NCBI GenBank assembly: GCA_965224085.1
Contig: CBDCYI010000011.1
Location: 1,408,001-1,472,000, forward strand
Origin: Candidatus Marinacidobacterales bacterium
Lineage (GTDB): Bacteria > Acidobacteriota > Vicinamibacteria > Marinacidobacterales > SMYC01
Length of the DNA: 64,000 bases
Direction: 5' to 3'
Positions 19,055-29,337 of the stretch are shown piece after piece (position 1 is the stretch's first letter; every line of letters begins with the position of its first letter). A program made the translations under genes and the position numbers. The notes beneath the pieces were generated by a model. It saw nothing but the letters and a program-made list of their open reading frames with translations. It had not been told where the DNA came from and made no database searches.

Positions 19055-20611
19055 ATGAAAGCCCAGTTAACGCTAGTCGTCTTCGCGCTGAGCGCCGGTT
19101 GTATGAGCCCCGAGCCGGGCCGCGATCCCGGCACTGAGACAGAAACCGTCGACGCAGCGATGGCGGCCCCGGAGACGGCCACGCAAGCAGAGGGAGAGGA
19201 CGTGTCGGAGCCTCTCATCCTTGCAGCCAGCGGGGACGCTTTTCCGGAGGAGCTTTTTCCGCTCGCCCGGAAATGGACAGGAGACTTCGATGGCATGATC
19301 GAGCGCCGCGTTATCCGGGCCGTCGTGACCGTCAGCATGACCGGGTATTTTCTCGACGGCGCCACTCAGCGCGGGATCACCTACGACGCGCTTCAAGCGT
19401 TCGAAAAAGCGCTCAACGAGAATCTGAATACGGGGAACCTCAAAGTTCATGTCGCCATCATCCCCGTCGCCAGGGATCAGTTGATCCCGGCGCTGCTTGA
19501 CGGTCGCGCCGACATTGCCGCGGCCAATCTCACGATAACTCCTGGGCGTCAGAGGCTCGTCGACTTTTCCGAAGCCGGATGGACCGGTGTGAGCGAGCTC
19601 GTCGTCACCGGGCCGAGTGCGCCAGCTTTATCCGAGCTTCACGACCTCTCCGGCCAAGAGATTCACGTGCGGGCGTCGAGCAGCTATTACGAGAGCCTGC
19701 AGTCCTTGAACGAAGAGCTCCGAGCCGCCGAGAAGGACCCAGCCCGCCTCGTGCTCGCCGACGAGCACATGGAGGACGAAGACTTGCTCCAGATGGTCAA
19801 TGGCGGCCTCATCCCTATCATCATCGTCGACAGCACGAAAGCGGATTTCTGGGTTCAAATCTTCGACAACATCACGGCTCATCACGACCTCGCGGTGCGC
19901 ACCGGAGGCGAGATCGCGTGGGCGTTTCGCAAGAACAGCCCGAAGCTCGCCGAGGAAGTGAACGCCTTCATTCGCCCGAACCGCAAGGGCACGCTCCTAG
20001 GCAACATGCTCTTCAAGCGCTATCTCAAGAACACGAAGTGGGTCGAGCATGCGCTTTCGAGCTCGGAGATGGCCAAATTCCATGCGACCGTCGATTACTT
20101 TCGGAAATATGGTGACCAGTACGATTTCGACTATCTCATGCTCGCCGCACTCGGCTTTCAGGAGTCGCGCCTGGATCATAGCGTGCGCAGTAGCGCGGGA
20201 GCGATCGGCGTCATGCAGCTTCTTCCGACGACGGCAGCGGACGCGAATGTCGGCATTCCCGATATCGAGATCCTAGAGAACAACATCCACGCGGGCGCGA
20301 AGTATCTACGCTTCGTAAAAGACCGCTACTTCGCCGGAGAAGACATGGACAAGGTCGAGCAGACGCTATTTACGTTCGCGTCGTACAACGCGGGTCCGGC
20401 GCGCGTGCGCGGATTGCGTCTGAAAGCAGAGGCGACCGGGCTCGATCCGAATGTGTGGTTCGATAATGTCGAAGTGATCGCAGCGCACGAGATAGGACGC
20501 GAGACGGTGCAATATGTCAGCAATATCTACAAGTACTACATCGCTTATCGCCAAAGCGAGATCCAGCGACAACGCAAAGGGCAGGTGCTCTCACTCTCGC
20601 CTTCGCGTTGA
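19055..20611 (+). CDS. mltF: MltF-type lytic transglycosylase (SBP + SLT domains), lipoprotein
   Basis: LSAGC lipobox, DIAAANLTIT, FQESRL, GAIGVMQ, ASYNAG. Confidence 0.85.
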   Translation: MKAQLTLVVFALSAGCMSPEPGRDPGTETETVDAAMAAPETATQAEGEDVSEPLILAASGDAFPEELFPLARKWTGDFDGMIERRVIRAVVTVSMTGYFLDGATQRGITYDALQAFEKALNENLNTGNLKVHVAIIPVARDQLIPALLDGRADIAAANLTITPGRQRLVDFSEAGWTGVSELVVTGPSAPALSELHDLSGQEIHVRASSSYYESLQSLNEELRAAEKDPARLVLADEHMEDEDLLQMVNGGLIPIIIVDSTKADFWVQIFDNITAHHDLAVRTGGEIAWAFRKNSPKLAEEVNAFIRPNRKGTLLGNMLFKRYLKNTKWVEHALSSSEMAKFHATVDYFRKYGDQYDFDYLMLAALGFQESRLDHSVRSSAGAIGVMQLLPTTAADANVGIPDIEILENNIHAGAKYLRFVKDRYFAGEDMDKVEQTLFTFASYNAGPARVRGLRLKAEATGLDPNVWFDNVEVIAAHEIGRETVQYVSNIYKYYIAYRQSEIQRQRKGQVLSLSPSR

Positions 20612-21184
20612 TCTTGACGCGCCGTCGACTACCAGTGCCGGCTCTTCGCCGAGAATGGCGTGTATCGTGTAGAGGTACTGGAGCGCGGAGGCGACGACCA
20701 GGACCACCATCACCCCCAGTAGATAGCCAGTCAAAACATGGTCGGTCCCTCGAAAGTTGCACGCGATCACCCAGAGAATCGTGACGATGTGGACCACCGT
20801 CGTCGCTTTTCCCAAAAAACTCGGAGGAAAGCTTCGTCTTCGGATATAGACGTTGAAGACGAGCACCGCAACCAGAATGCCTGCATCTCGGCTGATCGAG
20901 AGGATGGTGATCCAGACTGGGATGGGCACGACGAGCGAGGCTTTCGGCCACGACAAAACGACGAGCGAGGACGTCACGAGGAGTTTGTCCGCTAGCGGAT
21001 CGAGCATCGTCCCGAGCTCGGTGCGCTCGTGCAGCAGCCGTGCGGCGAGACCATCGAGCGCGTCTGTCACGCCAGCAATAGCGAAGACCAGCAGCGCCCA
21101 CCCATAGAACCCGTAAATGAGCAGGATGACCAGCCCCGGGACCAGGCACATCCTTAGAATCGTCAATTGATTAGCGAGGGTCAC
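20591..21184 (-). CDS. CDP-alcohol phosphatidyltransferase
   Basis: ANQLTILR, TDALDGLAAR..G.MLDPLADK. Confidence 0.9.
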   Translation of the reverse strand: MTLANQLTILRMCLVPGLVILLIYGFYGWALLVFAIAGVTDALDGLAARLLHERTELGTMLDPLADKLLVTSSLVVLSWPKASLVVPIPVWITILSISRDAGILVAVLVFNVYIRRRSFPPSFLGKATTVVHIVTILWVIACNFRGTDHVLTGYLLGVMVVLVVASALQYLYTIHAILGEEPALVVDGASRSTRRRE

Positions 21185-21355
21185 AACTCAACTACATGAT
21201 ACTCTTATGCTTATGGAACCGATTCCATTTAGTGATGAATGGCACTAAAAATTCGTGGACGAACTCAGTATACTCAACGGGCACTTTATCCAGTGCGAAG
21301 CTGACGACCCAACACTCATGACTAGCGGTTGGCATAGGCGCCGGGGGAGATTCTG

Positions 21356-21787
21356 ATGACCAGAATCAAAATGGTGAAGTGCACGCTCCGTTCTCCCGGA
21401 GAGGCACCTAACGCTAGATTTGTGCCGTTGCGCGAGTTCCGGCTCTGGAAGTACTACATGACCCACGCCCACGACAAGATCGTCGACGGCGAGGAAATCT
21501 CTATTTGGGTCGACGCGGAAAGCTATTCCGAGGAGCCCCCCGCTCAAGCCCGCCCGCTTGAGGCCGTGGTTCGGGTGGGTCTCCAATACTGGGACCAGGA
21601 CATGAACACGGCCGCGTTCAGCCAGCGCTATTTCCCGCTCGAGGATTACGACGCGATCCGTGACGTCTTCCTGGAGCACTATCCCGACCATCCCAACCCC
21701 GATGGTCGCACTGTGGCGCGCAAGAAGATTACCGAGACCCGGGGTTACTATCTCCATCCGAGGCTTCCGGAAGCTCGGGACTCCTGA
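21356..21787 (+). CDS. Hypothetical soluble protein, 143 aa
   Basis: GGGAG RBS, coding-like composition, fills the gap; no family recognised. Confidence 0.7.
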   Translation: MTRIKMVKCTLRSPGEAPNARFVPLREFRLWKYYMTHAHDKIVDGEEISIWVDAESYSEEPPAQARPLEAVVRVGLQYWDQDMNTAAFSQRYFPLEDYDAIRDVFLEHYPDHPNPDGRTVARKKITETRGYYLHPRLPEARDS

Positions 21788-22715
21788 GCGCAAAAGTGTC
21801 CTCGACGAACTCGATCAACATGGCCTCGTAGGCGTCCGCGTGCGTTCGATAAGCGGCACCGTGCCGCGCCTCCGGGAACGAACGAAAGCGGCTGGCCTCG
21901 CTCACTGACGCCTCGAACACGCGCTCTTGAAGCGCCACCGGCATCCTTTGGTCCGCTTCACCCGCGACAATCAAAACAGGGCGTGCGCCCATCCGGGCGA
22001 CGGCTTTCTCGAGGTCGAAATCGTCGCGGTCGAACCCGGCTGAAAGCTCCAGAGCGAGCAAGAGAGAGCTTCCGAACGGAAAGCGCGGTAAACCGAAGAT
22101 CAAATCTAGGTGATGCAAGACGGTGTGCTCGATGTTGAGAAAAGGACTGTCCGCGATGACCGCGTCCACTTCGGTAAGTTCGCTCGCAGCAAGGAGCGCC
22201 GCCACGGCACCCATAGACACGCCGTAGAGTAGAACTTTCACGTGCGGACGCCGCTCACGAAGAAACCGTACCGCGCCGCCGAAGTCATTGCTCTCGTGAT
22301 AGCCGAGGGTCACTCGCTCTCCTGTGCTCTCGCCGTGGCGCCTGAAATCGAAGACGAGCGTGTCAAAACCTTGCTTTCGAAAAAAAGCAGCGCGATCTAA
22401 AACCTCGCGTCGTGAGCGAAAGAGGCCATGACCGCAAGCGACGACGAGCTCCGAGTCGGCTCCTCCCATGTACCAGCCGGAAAGCTCGACACCGTCGGTG
22501 GACGTGAGGACGACGCTCTCGTAGTCGAGGTCGTAATCCGCCGGGGTTGAAGTGAGCTTCAAGTCCATCGGGCGCGTGCCGGCGCGCGTGACGAGACTGG
22601 CGAGCGCAAAAGGCAGCCCGATCGTGATCCCGAGCACGAGCACGAGCAAAAGACCGAGAAGGATCTTCTTCCAGCGTTTTCGTTTCGCCAAGGTTTTACT
22701 CTTTGTCTTGTTCAT
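21729..22715 (-). CDS. Membrane-anchored alpha/beta hydrolase
   Basis: N-terminal TM helix, FDFRRHGES, GVSMG nucleophile, late Asp/His. Confidence 0.88.
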   Translation of the reverse strand: MNKTKSKTLAKRKRWKKILLGLLLVLVLGITIGLPFALASLVTRAGTRPMDLKLTSTPADYDLDYESVVLTSTDGVELSGWYMGGADSELVVACGHGLFRSRREVLDRAAFFRKQGFDTLVFDFRRHGESTGERVTLGYHESNDFGGAVRFLRERRPHVKVLLYGVSMGAVAALLAASELTEVDAVIADSPFLNIEHTVLHHLDLIFGLPRFPFGSSLLLALELSAGFDRDDFDLEKAVARMGARPVLIVAGEADQRMPVALQERVFEASVSEASRFRSFPEARHGAAYRTHADAYEAMLIEFVEDTFALRSPELPEASDGDSNPGSR

Positions 22716-23871
22716 GCTCTTCTATAAGAAGGATCAAAACAACGGCCACGGCGCTGAAGCCAGCTGTCAACCAGCAGATATATTGAAAACCAAGCGGGTA
22801 AAGCATGGACGCGAGGTATGCCGCGGTCGCGTTGCCGCACTGCGAGAGCGTGTTACGTAGCGCCACGAATGCACCACGATGCTCGCTCGTCACGAGCTGG
22901 GTCACCAGTGATTGCAGAGGCGCCACCCGCGTCGCAGCGGACAGTCCAACCATCCCCAACGCAGCGTACATCACGAAGCCCGCCGTCGCCGGAACCACAA
23001 CGACAAAAACCACCATTGCCGTGCTGCCCGCGAGCGCCACTCGTGTTTTTCCGATGTGATCGGACAGGCGCCCGGCCGCGAGCGCACCGAACAAGCCCGC
23101 GAGACCGCTCAAAGAAAAGACGTAGCTGACGCTGCTCAGCGAGAGCCCGATTTCCGTGCGCAAATGGGCACCGAGAAAGAGCAAGAAGCCGGTGAGTCCG
23201 CCAGTTACGAAAAACGCCGACAGCGCCCCGGCGGCAGTCGAGCGTGCCGTCATGAATCGTAAATAGCCAGGAGAGCGGGCCCAACTATAGGATCGGATCC
23301 GCGGCTCATCGAACCACAGGGTGACGACAACGGCTACGAGGCTCGCGCTGAACGTGAACAGGAGGTAGATCGTCCTCCAACCCGCAAGCTCGGCAATTCT
23401 TGCGGCGACGGGAATCGCGACCACCGGGGCTGCGTAGGCCATGCCCACCCAGCCCATCGCCCTTCCTCGTCTCTCGTAGGGAACGGAGTCAGCGATGGCC
23501 GCAACCGTCAGAGCCGATATCACGCCAGCGGCAGCGCCGGTGACCATGCGCGCCACGACGAAAACCCGAAGGGATCCGGAAGCGACGACGAGAAGGCTTC
23601 CGAGTGCAAAAACACATCCCGCGCCGATGAGAAAACGGCCTCGTCCGGTGTGGTCCGAGACGGGACCGGCGATAAGTGCCGCGAGGGCAGCGCAGATCGC
23701 ATAACCGATGACGGTGCGTCCAATGTCCTCGGGCGACGTGTCGAGGCTCGCGGCGATCTCCGTCAGTATCGGTGACAGTAATTGCGCGTCAACGAGGCCG
23801 AGAGTAAGAAGGCTGACGAGCGTCGCAACGGTCCGTTTCTCGCCCGGCGTTGGTGATAGCTCGCCCGTCAC
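22696..23871 (-). CDS. MFS transporter
   Basis: GPVSDHTGR and GRLSDHIGK motif A in both halves; about 12 TM segments. Confidence 0.9.
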   Translation of the reverse strand: MTGELSPTPGEKRTVATLVSLLTLGLVDAQLLSPILTEIAASLDTSPEDIGRTVIGYAICAALAALIAGPVSDHTGRGRFLIGAGCVFALGSLLVVASGSLRVFVVARMVTGAAAGVISALTVAAIADSVPYERRGRAMGWVGMAYAAPVVAIPVAARIAELAGWRTIYLLFTFSASLVAVVVTLWFDEPRIRSYSWARSPGYLRFMTARSTAAGALSAFFVTGGLTGFLLFLGAHLRTEIGLSLSSVSYVFSLSGLAGLFGALAAGRLSDHIGKTRVALAGSTAMVVFVVVVPATAGFVMYAALGMVGLSAATRVAPLQSLVTQLVTSEHRGAFVALRNTLSQCGNATAAYLASMLYPLGFQYICWLTAGFSAVAVVLILLIEEHEQDKE

Positions 23872-23943
23872 GTGAACATACTAGCGCAACCAATCTTGCT
23901 CGCATTCGGAACGCGATGGTACGATGCCCGGCGGTTTTTACCT

Positions 23944-25461
23944 ATGAATTACGGCTTCATCATCGACAATCGAAAATGTATTGGTTGCCACGCGTGCACG
24001 GTAGCGTGCAAGTCCGAGCACGACACGCCGATCGGCGTCAATCGCACCTGGGTGAAATATATCGAGAAAGGCAACTTCCCGAACACCCATCGTGCGTTCA
24101 GTGTCATGCGCTGCAACCATTGCGCCGAATCTCCGTGCGCGACGATTTGCCCGACGACGGCGCTCTATGCGCGCGACGACGGTATCGTCGACTTCGACAA
24201 CCGACGCTGCATCGGCTGTAAGGCTTGCATGCAGGCCTGTCCCTACGACGCCATCCACATCGACCCGTCTAACGGGACGGCGGCGAAATGTAACTATTGC
24301 GCTCACCGCGTCGAGGTAGGGCTCGAGCCTCCATGCGTCAATGTATGCCCGACTCACGCGATTATCTCCGGCAACCTCGAGGATAGTTCGAGCGAGATCG
24401 CAACGCTCTTGGCACGCCACCCCGTGCAAGTGAGAAAACCCGAAAAAGGAACGGAGCCGAAGCTCTACTACATCGAGGGCGACGCCGCGTCGCTAACGCC
24501 AGGCGCGACCGATAGCGCCGGGAGCTACATGTGGACCGATGCCCCGCCTTCGGGTGTCGACCTCGACGCGTGGAGGATCGCATCGGAGCGACACAGCCAG
24601 GAACAATCCGCTTACGAGACGAAAACCGAAGGCGCCAAGAAAGTCTACGCTTCGCCCGAGCCTCATCGCGGAAGTTGGGGAAAGACCGTCTCCGCTTACC
24701 TCTTTACTAAATCCATTTCGGGCGGCGTCGGCCTCGTGCTCGCGTCTTTGCTTCTTTTGGGAGCACCGTTCTCCTTCGCCACCATCTCGACGGCGCTTCT
24801 TGCCTCGCTCGTCTTTCTCGGCCTGACGAATTTTCTACTCGTGTACAAGCTCGAGCGGCGCGATCGGTTTTTTTACGTCCTGGTGAAACCGCAATGGGGC
24901 TCATGGCTCACGCGCGGCGCTTACATCATGACGGCCTACGGACTGCTCGCGACCATAGCACTGCTACTCGCTCTCGCTTCAATCCGTCCGCCACCTCTTC
25001 TGCTCGTCCTCGTCCTCGTCGGTGCTTTCGGCACCGCCGTCTATAGCGCGTTTCTCTTCAATCAGGCGAAGGGGCGCGACTTGTGGCAAAGCCCGGTGCT
25101 GCCGCTCCATTTGATGGCGCATGCGGTCGTCGCTGGAGCCGCAACGCTCGGGCTCCTCTCCGGTTCCGCGACAACGATGTCACGGCTTCTCGCTGGCGGG
25201 CTCGCCGTCAGCCTCTTAGCACTCGGCGCGGAGTTTTTCTCTCGACACGCCACGGCGGACGGTGAGGCCGCAGCGAAGATGATCGTCTCGGGGCGGTTCC
25301 GCATACGGTTCTGGCTGTGGGTGTTCCTGCTCTGCCACCTCGTCCCGATTTTGCTACTCGCGGCGGGAGCTTTCACGGTGGCGGCGATTCTCGCGCTCAT
25401 TGGTATCGCACTTTTCGGGGACATGTTCGTCGAGGCAGGCCAGTCCCTGCCGCTCGCTTGA
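23944..25461 (+). CDS. Fused 4Fe-4S dicluster (DmsB/NrfC-like) and NrfD/PsrC membrane anchor
   Basis: CIGCHAC..AC, CNHC..PC..ICP, CIGCKAC..ACP, CNYC..PC..VCP, then hydrophobic NrfD-like part (SWLTRG, RDLWQSP). Confidence 0.88.
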   Translation: MNYGFIIDNRKCIGCHACTVACKSEHDTPIGVNRTWVKYIEKGNFPNTHRAFSVMRCNHCAESPCATICPTTALYARDDGIVDFDNRRCIGCKACMQACPYDAIHIDPSNGTAAKCNYCAHRVEVGLEPPCVNVCPTHAIISGNLEDSSSEIATLLARHPVQVRKPEKGTEPKLYYIEGDAASLTPGATDSAGSYMWTDAPPSGVDLDAWRIASERHSQEQSAYETKTEGAKKVYASPEPHRGSWGKTVSAYLFTKSISGGVGLVLASLLLLGAPFSFATISTALLASLVFLGLTNFLLVYKLERRDRFFYVLVKPQWGSWLTRGAYIMTAYGLLATIALLLALASIRPPPLLLVLVLVGAFGTAVYSAFLFNQAKGRDLWQSPVLPLHLMAHAVVAGAATLGLLSGSATTMSRLLAGGLAVSLLALGAEFFSRHATADGEAAAKMIVSGRFRIRFWLWVFLLCHLVPILLLAAGAFTVAAILALIGIALFGDMFVEAGQSLPLA

Positions 25462-25466
25462 GTTTC

Positions 25467-28181
25467 ATGAAGATCCCACGCCTGACACCACCGGGTAAGC
25501 TCACGAGTTATCCGCCACCCGAGAAATGGGACGACTGGGTCGAGTACGACCCGAAGCGTTGGCCCGAACGTGTGCCGCGGCACTATACGATCGTGCCAAC
25601 GATTTGCTTCAACTGCGAAGCGGCTTGCGGTCTACTCTCTTATCTCGACAAGGACACGCTCGAAGTACGCAAGTTCGAAGGCAACCCGTACCATCCGGGG
25701 AGCCGCGGAAAGAACTGCGCCAAAGGCCCAGCGACCATCAATCAGGTCAAAGACCCTGAGCGCATCCTCTACCCGCTCAAGCGCAGCGGCGCCCGCGGCG
25801 AGGGCAAATGGGAACGCGTATCTTGGGAGTCCGCTCTCGACGATATCGGGGGGCGCATCCGTAAAGCGATCGATGAGGACCGACGAAACGAAGTGATGTA
25901 TCACGTGGGCCGCCCCGGGCACGAACGTCATATGGATCGTGTCCTTCAAGCGTGGGGCATCGACGGACACAATAGCCATACGAATATTTGCTCCGCCGCG
26001 GCGCGCCTCGGCTACGCGCTCTGGTCGGGCTCCGATCGTCCGAGCCCGGACCACGCGCACGCCCGCGTCATATTGTTGCTCTCGGCGCATCTCGAATCGG
26101 GGCACTACTTCAACCCTCACGCGCAGCGAATCCTCGAAGGCAAGCTGTCCGGGGCAAAGCTCGCGGTGATGGATCCGCGTTTGTCGAACACCGCCTCGGT
26201 GGCCGATGAATGGCTTCCGACGTGGCCGGGAAGCGAAGCAGCAGTGCTATTGGCCATGGCGCGCATCTTGCTCGTCGAGAACCTATTCGACCGCGATTTC
26301 GTCCATGATTGGGTCAATTGGCAGGACACCATGAAGGCGTACCATGACGAGGAGGGGGCGAGCTTCGACGATTTCGACGACTTCATTGGGGCGCTCATCG
26401 AGCATTACGCCGAGTTCACCCCGGAATTCGCCGAAAAAGAGTCCGGAGTTCCTGCCGAGCAAATCACGCGCGTCGCACATCAAATCGGTGCTGCCGGCAA
26501 TCGCTTCGCCTCGCACATCTGGCGCGGCGCCGCCTCCGGCAATCTGGGCGGCTGGCAAGTCGCGCGCGCGCTCCAGTTCTTGACGGTGTTGACGGGGAGC
26601 GTCGGCACGAAGGGCGGCACCCTCCCCCACTCGTGGAACAAGTTCAAGCCGGAATTTTGGGAAGACCCGACACCACACGAGCAGTGGAACGAGCTGCTGT
26701 TTCCCAAAGAGTTCCCGCTCAGCCATTTCGAGATGGGCTTTCTTCTCCCGCATCTGATCCTCGATGGACGCGGCCGGCTCGAAGTCTATTTCACGCGTGT
26801 GTTCAATCCTGTGTGGACGAACCCGGATGGTCATGCGTGGATGGAGGTCCTGAAGGACGAGAAGAAAATGGGTCTACACGTGGCTCTCACGCCGACGTGG
26901 AACGAATCAGCTTTCTTCGCCGACTACGTCCTTCCCATGGGGCTCGCGGGCGAGCGTCACGATATCCAGAGTCAAGAGACCCACGCCGGCAAATGGGTCT
27001 CGTTCCGCCAACCCGTAGCACGGGTAGCGATGGAGCGGCGTGGTCAGAAAGTCGAGCTCACTCACGAAGCCAATCCAGGGGAGGTCTGGGAAGAAGACGA
27101 GTTCTTCGTCGCGCTCTCGTGGAAGATCGACCCTGACGGCGCGCGCGGAATCCGAAAACACTTCGAGTCTCCCTATCGCGAAGGCGAAAAGCTCACCGTC
27201 GACGACTACTACCGTCACGTCTTCGAGAACTCGGTGCCCGGTCTCCCGGAAAAGGCGGAGGAAGAAGGGCTCACGCCACTTCAATACATGCGCAAATACG
27301 GGGCCTTCGAGATCGAGAGCAATGTCTACGAGCTTTACCAGCGTGAAGTTGCCCCGAGTGAGAGCGGTGTCGAGGTCGGGGGCAAGACGCGTCGCGGCTT
27401 TGAGACCCCGTCGAAGAAGCTCGAGCTCTATTCGAGCACGCTCGCCGACTGGGGATGGCCGGAATACGCGATGCCGGGCTACATCCACTCGCACGTACAC
27501 CCGTCGAACATCGATAGAGCGAAGGGCGAGTTCGTGCTCGTACCGACCTTTCGCCTACCGACACAGATCCACACGCGATCGGCGAACTCGAAATGGCTGA
27601 GCGAGATATCACACCGGAATCCCGTATGGATCCACCCCGAGGATGCGCACCGGCTCGGGGTCAATACCGGGGATCTTCTTCACATTGCCACCGAGATCGG
27701 CTATTTCGTCAACCGCGCCTGGGTCACGGAATCAATCAAGCCCGGGATACTCGCGTGCTCGCATCATCTCGGCCGCTGGCGCCTGAAGCCCGATGAAGGC
27801 AGCCGCTGGACGTCGACCCTCATACGCTTCGAGGATCATGGCAGCGGCACGCGTCTCAGGCACGTCGAGCCGCTTTCCGCTTTCGAGAGCATCGACCCGG
27901 ACTCCTCGCGCATCTGGTGGAGTGATGGCGGCGTTCATCAAAACTTGGCCTTTCCCGTCCAGCCGGACCCGATCTCCGGAATGCATTGCTGGCATCAGAA
28001 AATAAGCGCGAAGAAGGCTCCGAGCGAGGACCGCTATGGGGACGTGTTCGTCGACCGCTCGAAATCGCGCGAAGTCTATAGCCGCTGGCTCGCGGAGACG
28101 CGGCCGCCCACCGGAAAACTGCGGCGACCTCTCTGGCTCGGACGCCCAGTGAAACCCGCTCTGAAGATGTTCGAGTTTTAA
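25467..28181 (+). CDS. DMSO-reductase-family molybdopterin oxidoreductase catalytic subunit
   Basis: CFNCEAAC..NCAKG FeS motif, RILYPLKR, HTNICS, ADYVLP, WIHPEDA; no RR signal. Confidence 0.88.
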   Translation: MKIPRLTPPGKLTSYPPPEKWDDWVEYDPKRWPERVPRHYTIVPTICFNCEAACGLLSYLDKDTLEVRKFEGNPYHPGSRGKNCAKGPATINQVKDPERILYPLKRSGARGEGKWERVSWESALDDIGGRIRKAIDEDRRNEVMYHVGRPGHERHMDRVLQAWGIDGHNSHTNICSAAARLGYALWSGSDRPSPDHAHARVILLLSAHLESGHYFNPHAQRILEGKLSGAKLAVMDPRLSNTASVADEWLPTWPGSEAAVLLAMARILLVENLFDRDFVHDWVNWQDTMKAYHDEEGASFDDFDDFIGALIEHYAEFTPEFAEKESGVPAEQITRVAHQIGAAGNRFASHIWRGAASGNLGGWQVARALQFLTVLTGSVGTKGGTLPHSWNKFKPEFWEDPTPHEQWNELLFPKEFPLSHFEMGFLLPHLILDGRGRLEVYFTRVFNPVWTNPDGHAWMEVLKDEKKMGLHVALTPTWNESAFFADYVLPMGLAGERHDIQSQETHAGKWVSFRQPVARVAMERRGQKVELTHEANPGEVWEEDEFFVALSWKIDPDGARGIRKHFESPYREGEKLTVDDYYRHVFENSVPGLPEKAEEEGLTPLQYMRKYGAFEIESNVYELYQREVAPSESGVEVGGKTRRGFETPSKKLELYSSTLADWGWPEYAMPGYIHSHVHPSNIDRAKGEFVLVPTFRLPTQIHTRSANSKWLSEISHRNPVWIHPEDAHRLGVNTGDLLHIATEIGYFVNRAWVTESIKPGILACSHHLGRWRLKPDEGSRWTSTLIRFEDHGSGTRLRHVEPLSAFESIDPDSSRIWWSDGGVHQNLAFPVQPDPISGMHCWHQKISAKKAPSEDRYGDVFVDRSKSREVYSRWLAETRPPTGKLRRPLWLGRPVKPALKMFEF

Positions 28182-28195
28182 TCAGGTGTCATTGG

Positions 28196-29335
28196 TCAGT
28201 GGTCCGTTTTCAGAGAGGCTAGGCTGCGTTCTATCTCCATTCTTTCGGTCACGCGGTCGCGCGGAACGAGGTTCAGCGCTTTTTGGAGCGGGTCGCGAGC
28301 TTCGCGGATGAAGCCTCGCCGGATGTAGAGCTCGGCAATCCATTTTAAATACTGCCAAGCGTTGTCTTGGTCGTTGACCATGAGTCGGTCGCAAGCCGCG
28401 AGCCCCGCCTCCTCGTCGTGGCCGTTGGACAGGACGAGCTCGGCGAGGTCGCGGTTGTAGCGAATCTCGTCCGGTGCGAGATGGCACGCTCGATTCAGAA
28501 GCTCGAAGGCGGCCTCGGAATCACCTCTTCGCCGCAGCACATCCGCCGCCTCGAAATAGGCTTCGTGGAAACGCGGCTCCTTCTTGACGGTCTCGCGAAA
28601 TTTCTCGAGCGCGGCATCGCCCATCTTTGCGCCCGCGAGGGACCGGCCGAGAAGGAACGTGATGTCGGGGTCATCGCTCTCGTCACGGGCTAGGACCTCG
28701 AGACGCTCGCACGCCTCGTCGAAACGCCCGAGGTCGATGTTCACGGCACACAGCAGAATAGAAACCTCGACGTCGCTCGGTGCGGAACGCTCCGCAGTTT
28801 TCAGAGCTTCGCGCGCCTGGTCCATGCGCCCGGCAAGGGCCAACGCGCGCCCGAGCTCGAGATTCACGACGAAGGACGCGCGTTTCTCCTTTGCCGACGC
28901 CGCAAGAGACCCGACCGCGCGCTCGGCGTTTCCCTGCACCAGAGCGACATATCCCGCCTTGAAGTCATCACCAAGCACACGATAAGCGTCGATGCGTCCG
29001 CGCGATTTGTCCGCGATCGCGAGCTCGAAAAGGTCGTCGATACCGGGATAGAATCCGCCCTCCTCCGTATTGGCAGGCGCCTCATGCACGCCCGGCAGGT
29101 CAGGCGCGACTACTTTATGCACGATACCGCTCGAAGCTCGAAGGCCGGCTAGAGCGTCGCATTCGCGCAACAGCGCTTCGATCGTAGTCGCGCGGTGGTC
29201 GCCCTCGCGAAGTACGGCGCGCGCTCTCGAATATTCCACCCGCGCTCTCTCGAACTCACCTGAGAGAAAGAGACGGTCGCCGCGATGACGAAGGCGTTCG
29301 TAGCCGTAGAGATAATTGAGAAGGTGAGTAAACAA
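28196..29335 (-). CDS. Tetratricopeptide repeat protein
   Basis: Repeated helical TPR-like units (LGRALA..G..A..A, EAYFEAA); TTG start 2 bp after the upstream stop. Confidence 0.75.
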   Translation of the reverse strand: MFTHLLNYLYGYERLRHRGDRLFLSGEFERARVEYSRARAVLREGDHRATTIEALLRECDALAGLRASSGIVHKVVAPDLPGVHEAPANTEEGGFYPGIDDLFELAIADKSRGRIDAYRVLGDDFKAGYVALVQGNAERAVGSLAASAKEKRASFVVNLELGRALALAGRMDQAREALKTAERSAPSDVEVSILLCAVNIDLGRFDEACERLEVLARDESDDPDITFLLGRSLAGAKMGDAALEKFRETVKKEPRFHEAYFEAADVLRRRGDSEAAFELLNRACHLAPDEIRYNRDLAELVLSNGHDEEAGLAACDRLMVNDQDNAWQYLKWIAELYIRRGFIREARDPLQKALNLVPRDRVTERMEIERSLASLKTDH

Positions 29336-29337
29336 TA

